A DNA stretch of 64,000 bases, taken from an uncultured Acidobacteriota bacterium. GTDB lineage: Bacteria > Acidobacteriota > Vicinamibacteria > Vicinamibacterales > CAVPJW01. The first letter of the stretch is position 1. Every line of letters starts with the position of its first letter. Shown piece by piece: positions 1 to 8,500 of this stretch. Both the position numbers and the translations under genes were made by a program. Below the pieces are notes generated by a model, which saw nothing but the letters and a program-made list of their open reading frames with translations, was not told the origin of the DNA and did not search any database. The DNA lies in contig CAVPJW010000007.1 of NCBI GenBank assembly GCA_963705525.1, forward strand, positions 184,355-248,354, given 5' to 3'.

Positions 1-192
1 GCTCACGAGCCCCTCGCGGACCCGGTTCTTCCGCACCAGATCCATGACCGTGTCGGTCAGGTCGACGACGTCGATCCGCTGGTTCGTCTGAACGACGATG
101 GTCTCACCATGAATCGTGAGGCCGCCGGCCGTCGCAGTCGAGACATCCGAAACCGGCGTCTCGCGGACGGTGACCGTCGAGCTCTTGTTCAT
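1..192 (-). CDS. YjbQ/UPF0047 family protein, 5' part (gene runs off the window start)
   Basis: My own minus-strand translation from the ATG (rc of 190-192) gives MNKSSTVTVRETPVSDVSTATAGGLTIHGETIVVQTNQRIDVVDLTDTVMDLVRKNRVREGLVS... This fits the N-terminal pattern of the YjbQ family (ID[IV]TD.V followed by a G-L-V stretch). A GAGGAG Shine-Dalgarno lies just upstream. It is absent from the ORF track because it is open at the window edge. Confidence 0.55.
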   Translation of the reverse strand, partial: MNKSSTVTVRETPVSDVSTATAGGLTIHGETIVVQTNQRIDVVDLTDTVMDLVRKNRVREGLVS

Positions 193-384
193 GCTCTCCT
201 CATCGGTTTACACACGATCGGCCAGCGCGCGCGCTGCCGGCTCCGGCGCGAATCTTAGGCGAAAAGACTCACGACAGGCAACCAATACGGCCATTTTACC
301 TGATTATCGGCCCCGATCCGGCCCCGCCCCACCGAGCCGCCGTGCAGCTCCAGAACGCGTCCGGATCGCCTGGCCGCGTGCGCT

Positions 385-846
385 TTAGAGCCAATCCGCG
401 AGAATCTGCCGCATCTCCTCCGCGTGCTTGGTTTCGTCGCCGATCATGTTCTCGTACTGGACGCGCAGGGCGACGTCGCCGGCACTCTCCGCGAGCGCGA
501 GGTGCTTGCGGTAGATCGCGATCGCCTGCTCTTCGGCCTTGAGCACGACCTCGAGCATCCCTCTCGCATCGTCTGCCTGCTCGATCTCCTTCAGCACGAT
601 CTGCGGCTCGCCGCCGAGCGCGGCCACCTTGTCGGCCAGCGCCTGAGCGTGCAGCAGTTCATCGGTCACTTCGGTCCTGAACAGCGCGCTGATAGCCGGG
701 CGATATGGTCCGTGCACTCTCGCCGCATAGACGATATAGCGCGCGATCGCCTGCATTTCGAGGGATAGATCCTGATTGAGCGCCTCGAGCAGACGCTCGC
801 GTTTGCTGGGCTTGGGTCCCGATCTCTTCGCCACATTCTCCTCCAT
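385..846 (-). CDS. Ferritin-like (bacterioferritin/rubrerythrin-fold) domain protein
   Basis: ORF 385..897. It shows a four-helix di-iron-type pattern: LNQDLSLEMQAIARYIVYA, ELLHAQALADKV, EEQAIAIYRKH, DETKHAEEMRQIL. I prefer the ATG at 846 (MEENVAK) because a start at 897 would overlap the divergent promoter at 897-905. Confidence 0.7.
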   Translation of the reverse strand: MEENVAKRSGPKPSKRERLLEALNQDLSLEMQAIARYIVYAARVHGPYRPAISALFRTEVTDELLHAQALADKVAALGGEPQIVLKEIEQADDARGMLEVVLKAEEQAIAIYRKHLALAESAGDVALRVQYENMIGDETKHAEEMRQILADWL

Positions 847-896
847 CGATGGCCGCGATCGGCATGCCGCGCCGCACGGGCTGCATGATTTTGCCA

Positions 897-905
897 TGCT
901 ATACT
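897..905 (+). promoter_or_regulatory. Extended -10 promoter (TGcTATACT) for the riboswitch-btuB transcript
   Basis: The sequence atgcTATACTgcg contains a TGn motif directly 5' of TATACT. It lies about 15-20 nt upstream of where the riboswitch fold begins. No good -35 is present, which is consistent with an extended -10 promoter. Confidence 0.4.
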
Positions 906-919
906 GCGCGCTGACAACC

Positions 920-1168
920 GACGCTCACCCGACGACTACGGGAAGTGGGTGCGAAACCCACACGGTCCCGCCACTGTAAGCGGGGAGCGGCCGCTCGAAC
1001 GGCGCTCGCAAGAGCGCCCGTCACTGTGCTCTCGAGGGAGCATGGGAAGACGCAGAGCGGACCGCGTGGATCCGCGAGTCAGGAAACCTGGTCATCGGGG
1101 TTCGTCCCCTTCCGCCTCCACCGGCGACGTGGAGGCCCCGGCGCGTGGTCACGCCGGAAGGAGACTCA
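920..1168 (+). promoter_or_regulatory. Cobalamin (B12) riboswitch with SD-sequestering expression platform
   Basis: The conserved core GGGAAGTGGGTGCGAAACCCACACGGTCCCGCCACTGTAA lies at 940-979. The B12 box GAGTCAGGAAACCTGG lies at 1077-1091. Downstream, CCCCTTCCG (about 1106-1114) is complementary to the SD region CGGAAGGAG (1155-1163) preceding the ATG at 1169. The element sits directly 5' of a TonB receptor plus a BtuCDF-type transporter. Confidence 0.85.
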
Positions 1169-3460
1169 ATGCCCGCTCCGCATCCCCGCTCACGATTTCT
1201 TTCTCCTCCCGTTCTTCGCACGTTCGGATTTTGTCTGATCGCGATGAGCGCTGCGCTCACCGCGCTCGCCGCGACCGTGCAGGGCACCGTCAGCGATCCG
1301 GACGGCAAGGCCGTGCCCGGCGCCCGAGTCGTGCTCTCGACGCCGCTGACGTCGGCCGCCACGGCAACGACCGACGCGAATGGTCACTTCAGCTTCGACT
1401 CACTCGCGGCCGGCCGCTACGAGGTGCACGTGCTGATCGAGGGGTTCCGCGCCGCGCCCGTCTCCTTCGTGCTCGAGGCGAATGAGTCGCGCGACGTGCC
1501 TGTGACCTTACAGGTCAGTGCCTTCACCGAGTCCGTGGTGGTCTCCGCGTCACAAGTGGATGTGCCCCTTTCCCGCGTCGCGGATTCGGTGGCCGTCGTC
1601 ACCGAACGTGAACTCGAGGCACGGCAGGTGGAGTCGGTGTCCGATGCCCTGCGATCGATCCCGGGGATGACCGTCGTGCGGAGCGGCGGGCGCGGTGGGC
1701 TCACCGCGGTCTTTCCTCGAGGCGGTGAGTCGGATTTCACCCTGGTGCTGGTAGACGGCATGCGGGCGAACGACTTCGGCGGCGGATTCGATTTTTCGAT
1801 GCTGCCGCTCGCGAGCGTCGAGCAGGTCGAGATCGTGCGTGGCCCGCAGAGCGCGTTGCACGGCTCGGACGCGATCGGTGGTGTCGTGCAAATCGTCACG
1901 AGACGGGGCGGGCGCCCACGCGCCGGCGCGCTCTTCGAGGGCGGCGGGATGGACACGACGCGGGTGGCCGCGACGACGGCGGGGTCGGTGAACCGCTGGA
2001 TCTGGGGCGGCGCGTTCGATCGGCTTGCGACCGACGGCTTTACTGGCATCGCCCCCGCAACCGGAGAGCCGGTGACCAACGACGATTACGAGATGCAGGA
2101 GGGTTCGGGCACGTTCGGATATCAGGCGTCAGACTCCTTCGACGCACAGCTGAACGTCCGCGTCTACTCGGATGAGCGAGGCTTCCCCGGGCCGTACGGA
2201 TCCAACCCGATCGGCGCATTCACGAATGTCGATCGGACTTCCCGCGGAAAGAACGACGGCCGGCAGGTTGGCTTCAGAACGACCTTTCCGTGGAGCGCCT
2301 CCGATCGATGGCGTCAGCAGGCCAACGTGTCGTACTCGGACTTTGATGGGAGCTTTGTCAGCCCGTTCGGAGACTCTACGAGCGGCCTGAATCGCTGGAC
2401 GGCGCGAACCGTCACCGACGTCCTCGCATGGCGCGACACGACGGCGAGCTTCGGCGTAGAGTTCCAGAACGAAAAGGCAGACAACACGTTCATCACGGGC
2501 GCATCGGGCACGATGGTGCCCGTCAAGCGACGGACGTTCGGCTATTTCGGTGAACTGCGAGCGCAACCGAGCGAACGGCTGTCGATCATCGGCGGCATCC
2601 GGGTCGAGCACATCAGGCGTGAACGGCTCGAAGCCAGTTTCGATCCGTTCTCTCCGCGCCCGACATTCGATGTGGACACCGTGGTCTCACCGAATCCCAA
2701 AGTCACGGCGGGGTATTACCTCAGCCTGCCGAGCACAACTGGATCGTGGACGCGACTGCGCGCAAGTGCCGGCACCGGTATCCGGCCGCCTTCGGCGTTC
2801 GAGATTGCCTTCACTGACAATCCCGGACTGAAGCCCGAAAGAAGCCGTAGCATTGAGGCCGGCGTCACCCAGGCATTCGCAAACGGAGCGGTCATGCTCG
2901 ATCTGACCGGCTTCTACAATCATTTCGACGATCTGATCGTGGCCGTGGGCCAATCACAGCAGGATGCCAGTCGATATCAGACGGATAACATCGCGAACGC
3001 GAGATCGAGCGGCCTTGAAACCGGCGTGTCCTGGCGCCTCGCCTGCGGACTGATGAGCCGCGCCACCTACACGTGGCTCTCGACGGAGATTCTCGCGGTT
3101 GACGGCGCCAGCAATGAAGCCCCGTCGCCGTTCGTCCCCGGCGACCGGCTGATACGACGCCCGAAGAACCAGGGCTCACTCGACGTCACGCTGACGCGCG
3201 AGCGCTTCAACGCCTTCCTGACCGTCGAGGCGCGGGGGCAGATGATCGACGTGGAGCCGTCGTTCGGCACCTTCGGCGGACTCTTCTCCAATCCCGGCTA
3301 CGGCGTGGTTCACATGGGCGGCGGCGTTCGACTCACGAGCGTCGTTGAGGTGTATGGGCGCGTGATGAATCTGTTCGATCGCCAGTACGAGGAAGCTCTG
3401 GGATTCCCGGCGATTGGCCGCACAGCCCTCCTGGGAGTGCGCGTTGCTACACGTCGATAG
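1169..3460 (+). CDS. btuB: TonB-dependent outer-membrane receptor (cobalamin/corrinoid type) with N-terminal CarboxypepD_reg-like domain
   Basis: ORF 1145..3460. The ATG at 1169 has a GGAAGGAG SD. Signal peptide: FGFCLIAMSAALTALAA. Carboxypeptidase-regulatory-like segment: TVQGTVSDPDGKAVPGARVVL. Plug segment: DALRSIPGMTVVRSGGRGG...FPRGGESDFTLVLVDGMRAN. A long beta-barrel follows. A B12 riboswitch lies upstream. Confidence 0.85.
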   Translation: MPAPHPRSRFLSPPVLRTFGFCLIAMSAALTALAATVQGTVSDPDGKAVPGARVVLSTPLTSAATATTDANGHFSFDSLAAGRYEVHVLIEGFRAAPVSFVLEANESRDVPVTLQVSAFTESVVVSASQVDVPLSRVADSVAVVTERELEARQVESVSDALRSIPGMTVVRSGGRGGLTAVFPRGGESDFTLVLVDGMRANDFGGGFDFSMLPLASVEQVEIVRGPQSALHGSDAIGGVVQIVTRRGGRPRAGALFEGGGMDTTRVAATTAGSVNRWIWGGAFDRLATDGFTGIAPATGEPVTNDDYEMQEGSGTFGYQASDSFDAQLNVRVYSDERGFPGPYGSNPIGAFTNVDRTSRGKNDGRQVGFRTTFPWSASDRWRQQANVSYSDFDGSFVSPFGDSTSGLNRWTARTVTDVLAWRDTTASFGVEFQNEKADNTFITGASGTMVPVKRRTFGYFGELRAQPSERLSIIGGIRVEHIRRERLEASFDPFSPRPTFDVDTVVSPNPKVTAGYYLSLPSTTGSWTRLRASAGTGIRPPSAFEIAFTDNPGLKPERSRSIEAGVTQAFANGAVMLDLTGFYNHFDDLIVAVGQSQQDASRYQTDNIANARSSGLETGVSWRLACGLMSRATYTWLSTEILAVDGASNEAPSPFVPGDRLIRRPKNQGSLDVTLTRERFNAFLTVEARGQMIDVEPSFGTFGGLFSNPGYGVVHMGGGVRLTSVVEVYGRVMNLFDRQYEEALGFPAIGRTALLGVRVATRR

Positions 3461-4250
3461 CGTCAGCTTCGCGTACGGTCATCGCGCCACCACCCGCCGC
3501 GGTGCGCCCCCGGCCCGCGAGGTGCTGAGCCGCGTCACCTTGCACGTCGAGCGGGGTGCGCTCATCGGCGTCCTCGGCCCGAACGGTTCCGGCAAGTCCA
3601 CGCTGATCAGGCTCATGGCGGGCACGCTGACGCCGACATCAGGAGAGGTGACGCTCGACGAGGTGTCGATCGCCCGGATCCCCCGTGCAGCGCTCGCCCG
3701 GCGCATCGCTGTCGTCCCGCAGGAAACGCGTCTCACCTTCGACTACTCCGTCCTCGACATCGTGCTGATGGGCCGGTATCCGCACATGGGTGCGTTCGAG
3801 CTCGAGGGACCCGAAGAGATCCGCCTGGCGCGCGAAGCCCTGGCCGCCACGGACACCCAGGATCTCGAGGACCGGCCCTTCGCGAGCCTGAGCGGCGGAG
3901 AGAAGCAGCGCGTGATCCTTGCGTCGGCTCTTGCACAATCGGCCGAGCTCCTTCTGCTCGACGAGCCGACGGCTGCCCTCGATCTCGGCTATCAGATGGA
4001 GGTCGTGATGATCCTCAAGCGCTTGAACGAGAGTCGAGGCGTCACCATGGTCTTGACCGCGCACGATCTCAACTTTGCGGCGAGCCTCTGTCGGCACCTG
4101 ATCCTCCTGAAACAGGGAAGGGTGATTGCGGCTGGTCCGACGGCGGAAGTCCTGACGCCCGACTCGATTCGCGCGCTGTACGGCGTCGAAGCGGACGTGA
4201 GACACCACGAACGCGCGGGCCACGTCACGATTGTGCCAGTGGGAAAATGA
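3444..4250 (+). CDS. btuD: ABC transporter ATP-binding protein (FepC/BtuD family)
   Basis: ORF 3414..4250. Walker A GPNGSGKST, signature LSGGEKQRV, Walker B LLLLDEPTAALD, H-loop TAHDL. The likely start is the TTG at 3444 (MLHVDSVSFAYG), which overlaps the btuB end. The exact start is uncertain. Confidence 0.88.
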   Translation: MLHVDSVSFAYGHRATTRRGAPPAREVLSRVTLHVERGALIGVLGPNGSGKSTLIRLMAGTLTPTSGEVTLDEVSIARIPRAALARRIAVVPQETRLTFDYSVLDIVLMGRYPHMGAFELEGPEEIRLAREALAATDTQDLEDRPFASLSGGEKQRVILASALAQSAELLLLDEPTAALDLGYQMEVVMILKRLNESRGVTMVLTAHDLNFAASLCRHLILLKQGRVIAAGPTAEVLTPDSIRALYGVEADVRHHERAGHVTIVPVGK

Positions 4251-4303
4251 GCGGCTTAGGGCTTCGGACTTCAGGTTCAGGCTTCGCTGGACGCCGAAGG
4301 ACT

Positions 4304-4344
4304 AAGATTAAGAACCAAGAACTAAGAACCAAGAACCAAGAACT
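4304..4344 (+). repeat. Tandem AAGAACY heptamer array (aagatt aagaacc aagaact aagaacc aagaacc aagaact)
   Basis: Read directly from the sequence. Five in-phase heptamers plus one degenerate unit form an AT-rich island in GC-rich DNA between btuD and btuC. It is preceded by an imperfect hairpin whose arms are cttagggcttcgg and ccgaaggactaag (4255-4305). Confidence 0.9.
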
Positions 4345-4406
4345 TCTCCATTGTCTTCTAGTCCCGACTCCGTCACCGCCTGTTCGTCACTGTCCTCGCC
4401 TTTGGT

Positions 4407-5363
4407 GTGCCCGCCCTCGCGGCCTGTCTCCTTGCGCCACTCATCGGCTCGACGCACATCAGCTTGTGGCGTGTCGTCGATCGATCGATTGCGATCAGCG
4501 ACAACGTGGACGCGCAGATTTTCTTCGTGGCGCGCCTGCCGCGGGTGCTTGCGGCGGCGCTCGTCGGAGCGGCGCTGGCCGCGGCGGGAGTCGTGTTTCA
4601 GGCGCTTCTCCGAAACCCTCTTGCGACGCCGTTCACGTTGGGCGTGTCGGCCGGAGCGTCGCTCGGAGCCATGCTGGCGATTACCTTCAACCTCGACGTC
4701 TCATTCGGCGAGCTATCGGCCGTGCCCATCGCCAGTTTCGCCGGCGCGCTCGGCGCGGTCGCGATTGTCTATGCCCTTGCGCGGGCGCGACATCAGGGCA
4801 TATCCACGACGGTGCTCCTTCTGGCGGGAGTCACGCTCAACGCGTTCTTTTCGGCCATCATCATCTTCGTGCAGTACTTTGCCGATTTCTCGCAGACCTT
4901 CCGCACGGTCCGCTGGCTGATGGGTGACCTCGACGTGGCCGGTTATACGCCGATCGTCGCCGCGCTGCCCTTCACCGCGGTGGCATTCATCGCCTTCGGT
5001 GTCCTCCCGAGGGCGCTCAATCTGATGAGCCTGGGCACTGATGCCGCGGCCACACGCGGCATTGACGTGGTGAACACGCAGCGCTTGGCGTTCTTCAGCG
5101 CTTCGCTGGCCACGGGTGCCGCTGTTTCGCTCGGCGGGCCGATCGGGTTTGTGGGCATCATCGTTCCTCATCTCGTGCGCCTGCTGGTCGGATCCGATCA
5201 TCGCCTCGTGCTGCCGGCCTCGCTTCTCTTCGGTGCAACGTTTCTGATTGGCTGCGACGTGCTCTCTCGCACGCTCATGCCACCACTCGAGCTCCCGATT
5301 GGCGTTCTCACCGCGTTGATCGGCGGACCATTCTTCATCTGGCTGCTCGTCCGACGGGGCTGA
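4407..5363 (+). CDS. btuC: FecCD/BtuC-family ABC transporter permease
   Basis: ORF 4407..5363 starts at a GTG. Typical FecCD motifs are present: RLPRVLAAALVGAALAAAGVVFQALLRNPLA.P..LGVSAGASLG and GPIGFVGIIVPHLVRLLVG.DHR. The frame is open from 4362 and encodes more of TM1 (RLFVTVLAFGVPALAA). The real start may therefore be upstream at a non-canonical codon such as the CTG at 4380. Confidence 0.85.
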   Translation: MPALAACLLAPLIGSTHISLWRVVDRSIAISDNVDAQIFFVARLPRVLAAALVGAALAAAGVVFQALLRNPLATPFTLGVSAGASLGAMLAITFNLDVSFGELSAVPIASFAGALGAVAIVYALARARHQGISTTVLLLAGVTLNAFFSAIIIFVQYFADFSQTFRTVRWLMGDLDVAGYTPIVAALPFTAVAFIAFGVLPRALNLMSLGTDAAATRGIDVVNTQRLAFFSASLATGAAVSLGGPIGFVGIIVPHLVRLLVGSDHRLVLPASLLFGATFLIGCDVLSRTLMPPLELPIGVLTALIGGPFFIWLLVRRG

Positions 5364-5368
5364 ACGGC

Positions 5369-6226
5369 ATGCATAGGCTCGCCAAGGCATTCACCGCGCT
5401 TGTCATCGTGCTGATGGCCATCGGCCTCCAGGCGGCGCCGCCACAGCGAATTATTTCGATCGTGCCGGCGTTGACGGAGATGCTCTTCGCCATCGGCACA
5501 GGACCTCGGGTCATCGCCGTTAGCAGCTTCGACAACTTTCCGCCCGAAGTGCGCGCGCTTCCGCGCGTGGGTGCGCTGCTCGATCCCAATCTCGAGATGA
5601 TGCTGTCGCTCAAACCCGACCTCGTCGTCGTCTACAAGAGCCAGGCAGACCTCACAACGCAGCTGTCGCGCGCCAATATCCGGACGTTCTCGTATGCGCA
5701 TGGCGGCCTCGCCGACATCGTGTCAACGATTGAAGCGCTGGGGCGTGAGACGGGCATGGCCGAGCGCGCCGAAGCGCTCGCCAGCAGCATCAATACGCGG
5801 CTCGCTGGAGTACGTGCACGCGTGGCGCCGCGTCCGAAGCCCCGTGTGCTGCTCGTCTTCGGGCGGGACAGCAAGTCGCTTCGGAACATCTATGCGAGCG
5901 GCGGCACCGGTTTCCTCCACGACATGCTCGAGCTGGCCGGCGGCGACAACGTCTTTCGTGATGTGAAGCGCGAGTCGGTGCAGGCGACGACGGAAGCCAT
6001 CCTCTCGTCTGCGCCGGACGTGATCATCGAGCTTCGTTACACAGGCGACGTCGGCGCCGACGCTCTGGCACGCGAGCGGACCGCATGGAACGCGCTGAGC
6101 GCCGTTCCAGCGGTGCGCGCCGGGCGCATCACGTTTCTCGTCGGAGATGAATTCGTGGTGCCCGGCCCCCGGATCGGTGACGCGACGGAGCGCATGGCGC
6201 GGGCAATTCATCCGGAGGCGTTTTAG
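5369..6226 (+). CDS. btuF: Periplasmic cobalamin/siderophore-type substrate-binding protein (BtuF-like, cluster A-II SBP)
   Basis: Signal peptide MHRLAKAFTALVIVLMAIGLQAA, then RIISIVPALTEMLFAIG and LKPDLVVV, typical of the PF01497 fold. It lies in an operon with btuCD. Confidence 0.8.
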   Translation: MHRLAKAFTALVIVLMAIGLQAAPPQRIISIVPALTEMLFAIGTGPRVIAVSSFDNFPPEVRALPRVGALLDPNLEMMLSLKPDLVVVYKSQADLTTQLSRANIRTFSYAHGGLADIVSTIEALGRETGMAERAEALASSINTRLAGVRARVAPRPKPRVLLVFGRDSKSLRNIYASGGTGFLHDMLELAGGDNVFRDVKRESVQATTEAILSSAPDVIIELRYTGDVGADALARERTAWNALSAVPAVRAGRITFLVGDEFVVPGPRIGDATERMARAIHPEAF

Positions 6227-6233
6227 GCGTTGC

Positions 6234-7067
6234 ATGGACCCGTACCCTGAGCGCATCGTCTGCCTGACGGAAGAGACGACCGAGACTCTGTATCTGCTTG
6301 GACAGGGCCATCGGATCGTCGGGGTGTCGGGGTATACGGTCCGGCCGCCGGAAGCCCGCTCCAAGCCCAGGGTGTCGGCGTTCATCAACGCGCGGTTCGA
6401 GAAGATTGAGGCGCTCCAGCCGGATCTCATTCTGGGCTTCTCCGATCTGCAAGCAGACATCGGAGCGGAGCTGGTCAGACGCGGATGGCCGGTCGTCATT
6501 TTCAACCAGCGCAGTGTCGCGGAGATATTGCAGACGATCAGGATGATTGGCGGGCTCGTCGGGAGCGAGGCCGGCGCCGATAGACTCGCGACCACTCTCG
6601 AACGCGACCTTGACGCGATTCGCCAGAGTGCAGCGCGATTTCCTCGAAGACCGAGGACATTCTTCGAAGAGTGGAACGACCCGCTCATTTCCGGCATTCA
6701 CTGGGTGGAGGAGCTCGTCGAAGTCGCCGGTGGAGCGCCGCTCTTCCCTGAGCTTCGAGGTCAGAAACTGGCGAAGGATCGCATCGTCTCAATCTCGGCG
6801 GTGGCCGAGCGCGATCCCGACGTCGTCATCGCATCGTGGTGCGGAAAAGCGGTGCGGAAGAGCGCGATCGTCTCAAGACCAGGGTGGGCCGATGTCACCG
6901 CCGTCCGGGACGGATCCGTCTTCGAAATCAAGTCGACCTACATCCTGCAGCCGGGCCCTGCTGCGCTGACCGAGGGCATTCGCCAGCTTCACGCGATCCT
7001 CTCGCGCGTTGTCGGCCTACCGATCGACCCAGATCTGATGCCGACCGAACGAATGGACGGGGGATGA
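6234..7067 (+). CDS. Second BtuF/PF01497-like binding protein lacking any signal peptide
   Basis: ORF 6147..7067. The ATG at 6234 gives MDPYPERIVCLTEETTETLYLLGQGHRIVGVSGY...LQPDLILGF...DPDVVIASWCG. This is the same fold family as the preceding gene but has no hydrophobic N-terminus. Confidence 0.7.
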   Translation: MDPYPERIVCLTEETTETLYLLGQGHRIVGVSGYTVRPPEARSKPRVSAFINARFEKIEALQPDLILGFSDLQADIGAELVRRGWPVVIFNQRSVAEILQTIRMIGGLVGSEAGADRLATTLERDLDAIRQSAARFPRRPRTFFEEWNDPLISGIHWVEELVEVAGGAPLFPELRGQKLAKDRIVSISAVAERDPDVVIASWCGKAVRKSAIVSRPGWADVTAVRDGSVFEIKSTYILQPGPAALTEGIRQLHAILSRVVGLPIDPDLMPTERMDGG

Positions 7068-7079
7068 GGTAGGTCATCA

Positions 7080-7099
7080 GGTCCTGTTGGTGCAGGACC
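7080..7099. terminator. Hairpin between convergent genes (GGTCCTG-ttggtg-CAGGACC)
   Basis: A 7-bp perfect stem read from the sequence, located between stop 7067 (+) and stop 7124 (-). There is no U tract, so function as an intrinsic terminator is uncertain. Confidence 0.3.
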
Positions 7100-7123
7100 A
7101 GAAGGACGATTCTTCGTCTCGCC

Positions 7124-7957
7124 CTACTCCGCGAATTCGACGTGAGGCTTGTGCGGAATGATTCGCCGCTGATACGCCTCGCCGAGGAGGACGCGGACGG
7201 CCGTCCTTCCGCGCTCACCGTACGCCATCGTCAGATCGTTCACGTACATCCCGACGAACCGATCGGCGCGCTGGCGATCGAGCCCGCGTCCGAACTTCAT
7301 GGCGTAGTCGAGCGCTTCGCTCCTGTGCGAGAGTCCGTATGCAATGCTGTCGCGCAGCAGCGATGACACTCTGGTGATCGTTCCTGTCCCAAGGTCGCGC
7401 CGGATCACGTTGCCGCCGAGCGGCAATGGAAGCCCTCCCGTGCGATCCGACCACCATTCGCCCAGATCGACGATCTTGAAAAGACCTTCCTGCTGGTACG
7501 TCAGCTGCCCTTCGTGGATGAGCAGGCCGGCATCGACTTCGCCCCCATGCACGGCCTCCTGGATCTTGTCGAACGGCATGACCACGCAGTCGGCGTTCGG
7601 TTCGTACAGCTGAAGCGCCAGATAGGCGGTCGTCAACTTGCCAGGGATGGCCACCTTGATTCCTTGAAGAGATCTCGGGCTCTCCTTCCTGGCGACGACG
7701 ACCGGGCCATAGCGATCGCCCATGCTCGCACCGTGCGGAAGCAGCACATATCGATCCGTCAGATGTGCGTAGGCGTGGAACGAGACGGCGCTCACTTCGT
7801 ACTTGCCTTCGAATGCCGAGCGATTGAGCGTTTCGATGTCCGACAGGACGTGCTCGATGTCGATGTCGCCGGTCGGCACGGCGCCGCTGGCCAGGCCGTA
7901 GAACATGAACGCGTCATCTGAATCTGGACTGTGAGCGATGGCAATATGCATGGTCAC
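7124..7957 (-). CDS. mqnD: MqnA/MqnD-family protein, most like 1,4-dihydroxy-6-naphthoate synthase (futalosine menaquinone pathway)
   Basis: N-terminus IAIAHSPDSDDAFMFYGLASG (compare SPCPNDTF.FYAL in MqnD). Also present: DIETLNRSAFEG, KLTTAYLAL, GLLIHEGQLTY, VDLGEWWSDRTGGLPLPLGG. The pattern was recognised from memory of the PF02621 family. Confidence 0.6.
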   Translation of the reverse strand: MTMHIAIAHSPDSDDAFMFYGLASGAVPTGDIDIEHVLSDIETLNRSAFEGKYEVSAVSFHAYAHLTDRYVLLPHGASMGDRYGPVVVARKESPRSLQGIKVAIPGKLTTAYLALQLYEPNADCVVMPFDKIQEAVHGGEVDAGLLIHEGQLTYQQEGLFKIVDLGEWWSDRTGGLPLPLGGNVIRRDLGTGTITRVSSLLRDSIAYGLSHRSEALDYAMKFGRGLDRQRADRFVGMYVNDLTMAYGERGRTAVRVLLGEAYQRRIIPHKPHVEFAE

Positions 7958-8457
7958 ACGTCGTCGTTTTCGGGCCGCGCGTACGGGGTGGACGCACGCT
8001 TGACGACGATGGTCAGGCCGAAGAGGACGAGGACGATGGAGGCCGCGAAGCCTACGTAGATGCCGGAACCCACCGCGGTGGTTGGAACGGCAGGCGCTTC
8101 GACATTATCGACAATCGCCAGGGCCTGTGAACGAGCCCAGGCGTGCTGGAGCGCAGAGCGCTCCATCCACTGATATGCGAGCAGGAAGATCCCAAGCGCC
8201 ACGAGACCGACGAGCAACAGAGGATGCCGCGAGTTCTTGTGCGTGTAAATGCTCAGAGACGCCAGGATGACAGCCGAAGCCCCCAGCCCGAGAATCCACA
8301 GACCGGCAAGATCCGGAACACCCCCGATGGCGATGTCCCCGACGAGCACCCACGGCATGAACGCGCTGACAATCAGAACGATACCCGCAACCAGCGCAAC
8401 GTAGTACGGCCGCATGCTGTGGCAAACGGCGGCGATCGCGACCGAACGCAGGGTCAT
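7954..8457 (-). CDS. Hypothetical integral membrane protein (4-5 TM)
   Basis: The ORF has several long hydrophobic segments (YYVALVAGIVLIVSAFMPWVLV, LWILGLGASAVILASL, LLLVGLVALGIFLLAY, IYVGFAASIVLVLFGLTIVV). Its stop overlaps the mqnD-like start by 4 nt. Confidence 0.6.
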   Translation of the reverse strand: MTLRSVAIAAVCHSMRPYYVALVAGIVLIVSAFMPWVLVGDIAIGGVPDLAGLWILGLGASAVILASLSIYTHKNSRHPLLLVGLVALGIFLLAYQWMERSALQHAWARSQALAIVDNVEAPAVPTTAVGSGIYVGFAASIVLVLFGLTIVVKRASTPYARPENDDV

Positions 8458-8500
8458 CGGTCGGAAGTGTACTACAAGGGTAGGAGCGCGGAAGGCGGCG

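Noticed and set aside
4304-4344. The heptamer array considered as a CRISPR array or as coding sequence (ORF 4247..4927 translates it as KNQELRTKNQEL).
   Set aside because: The units are 7 nt long with no spacers, and no cas genes are present. The ORF covering it is otherwise Arg/Cys/Pro-rich and overlaps the btuC frame.
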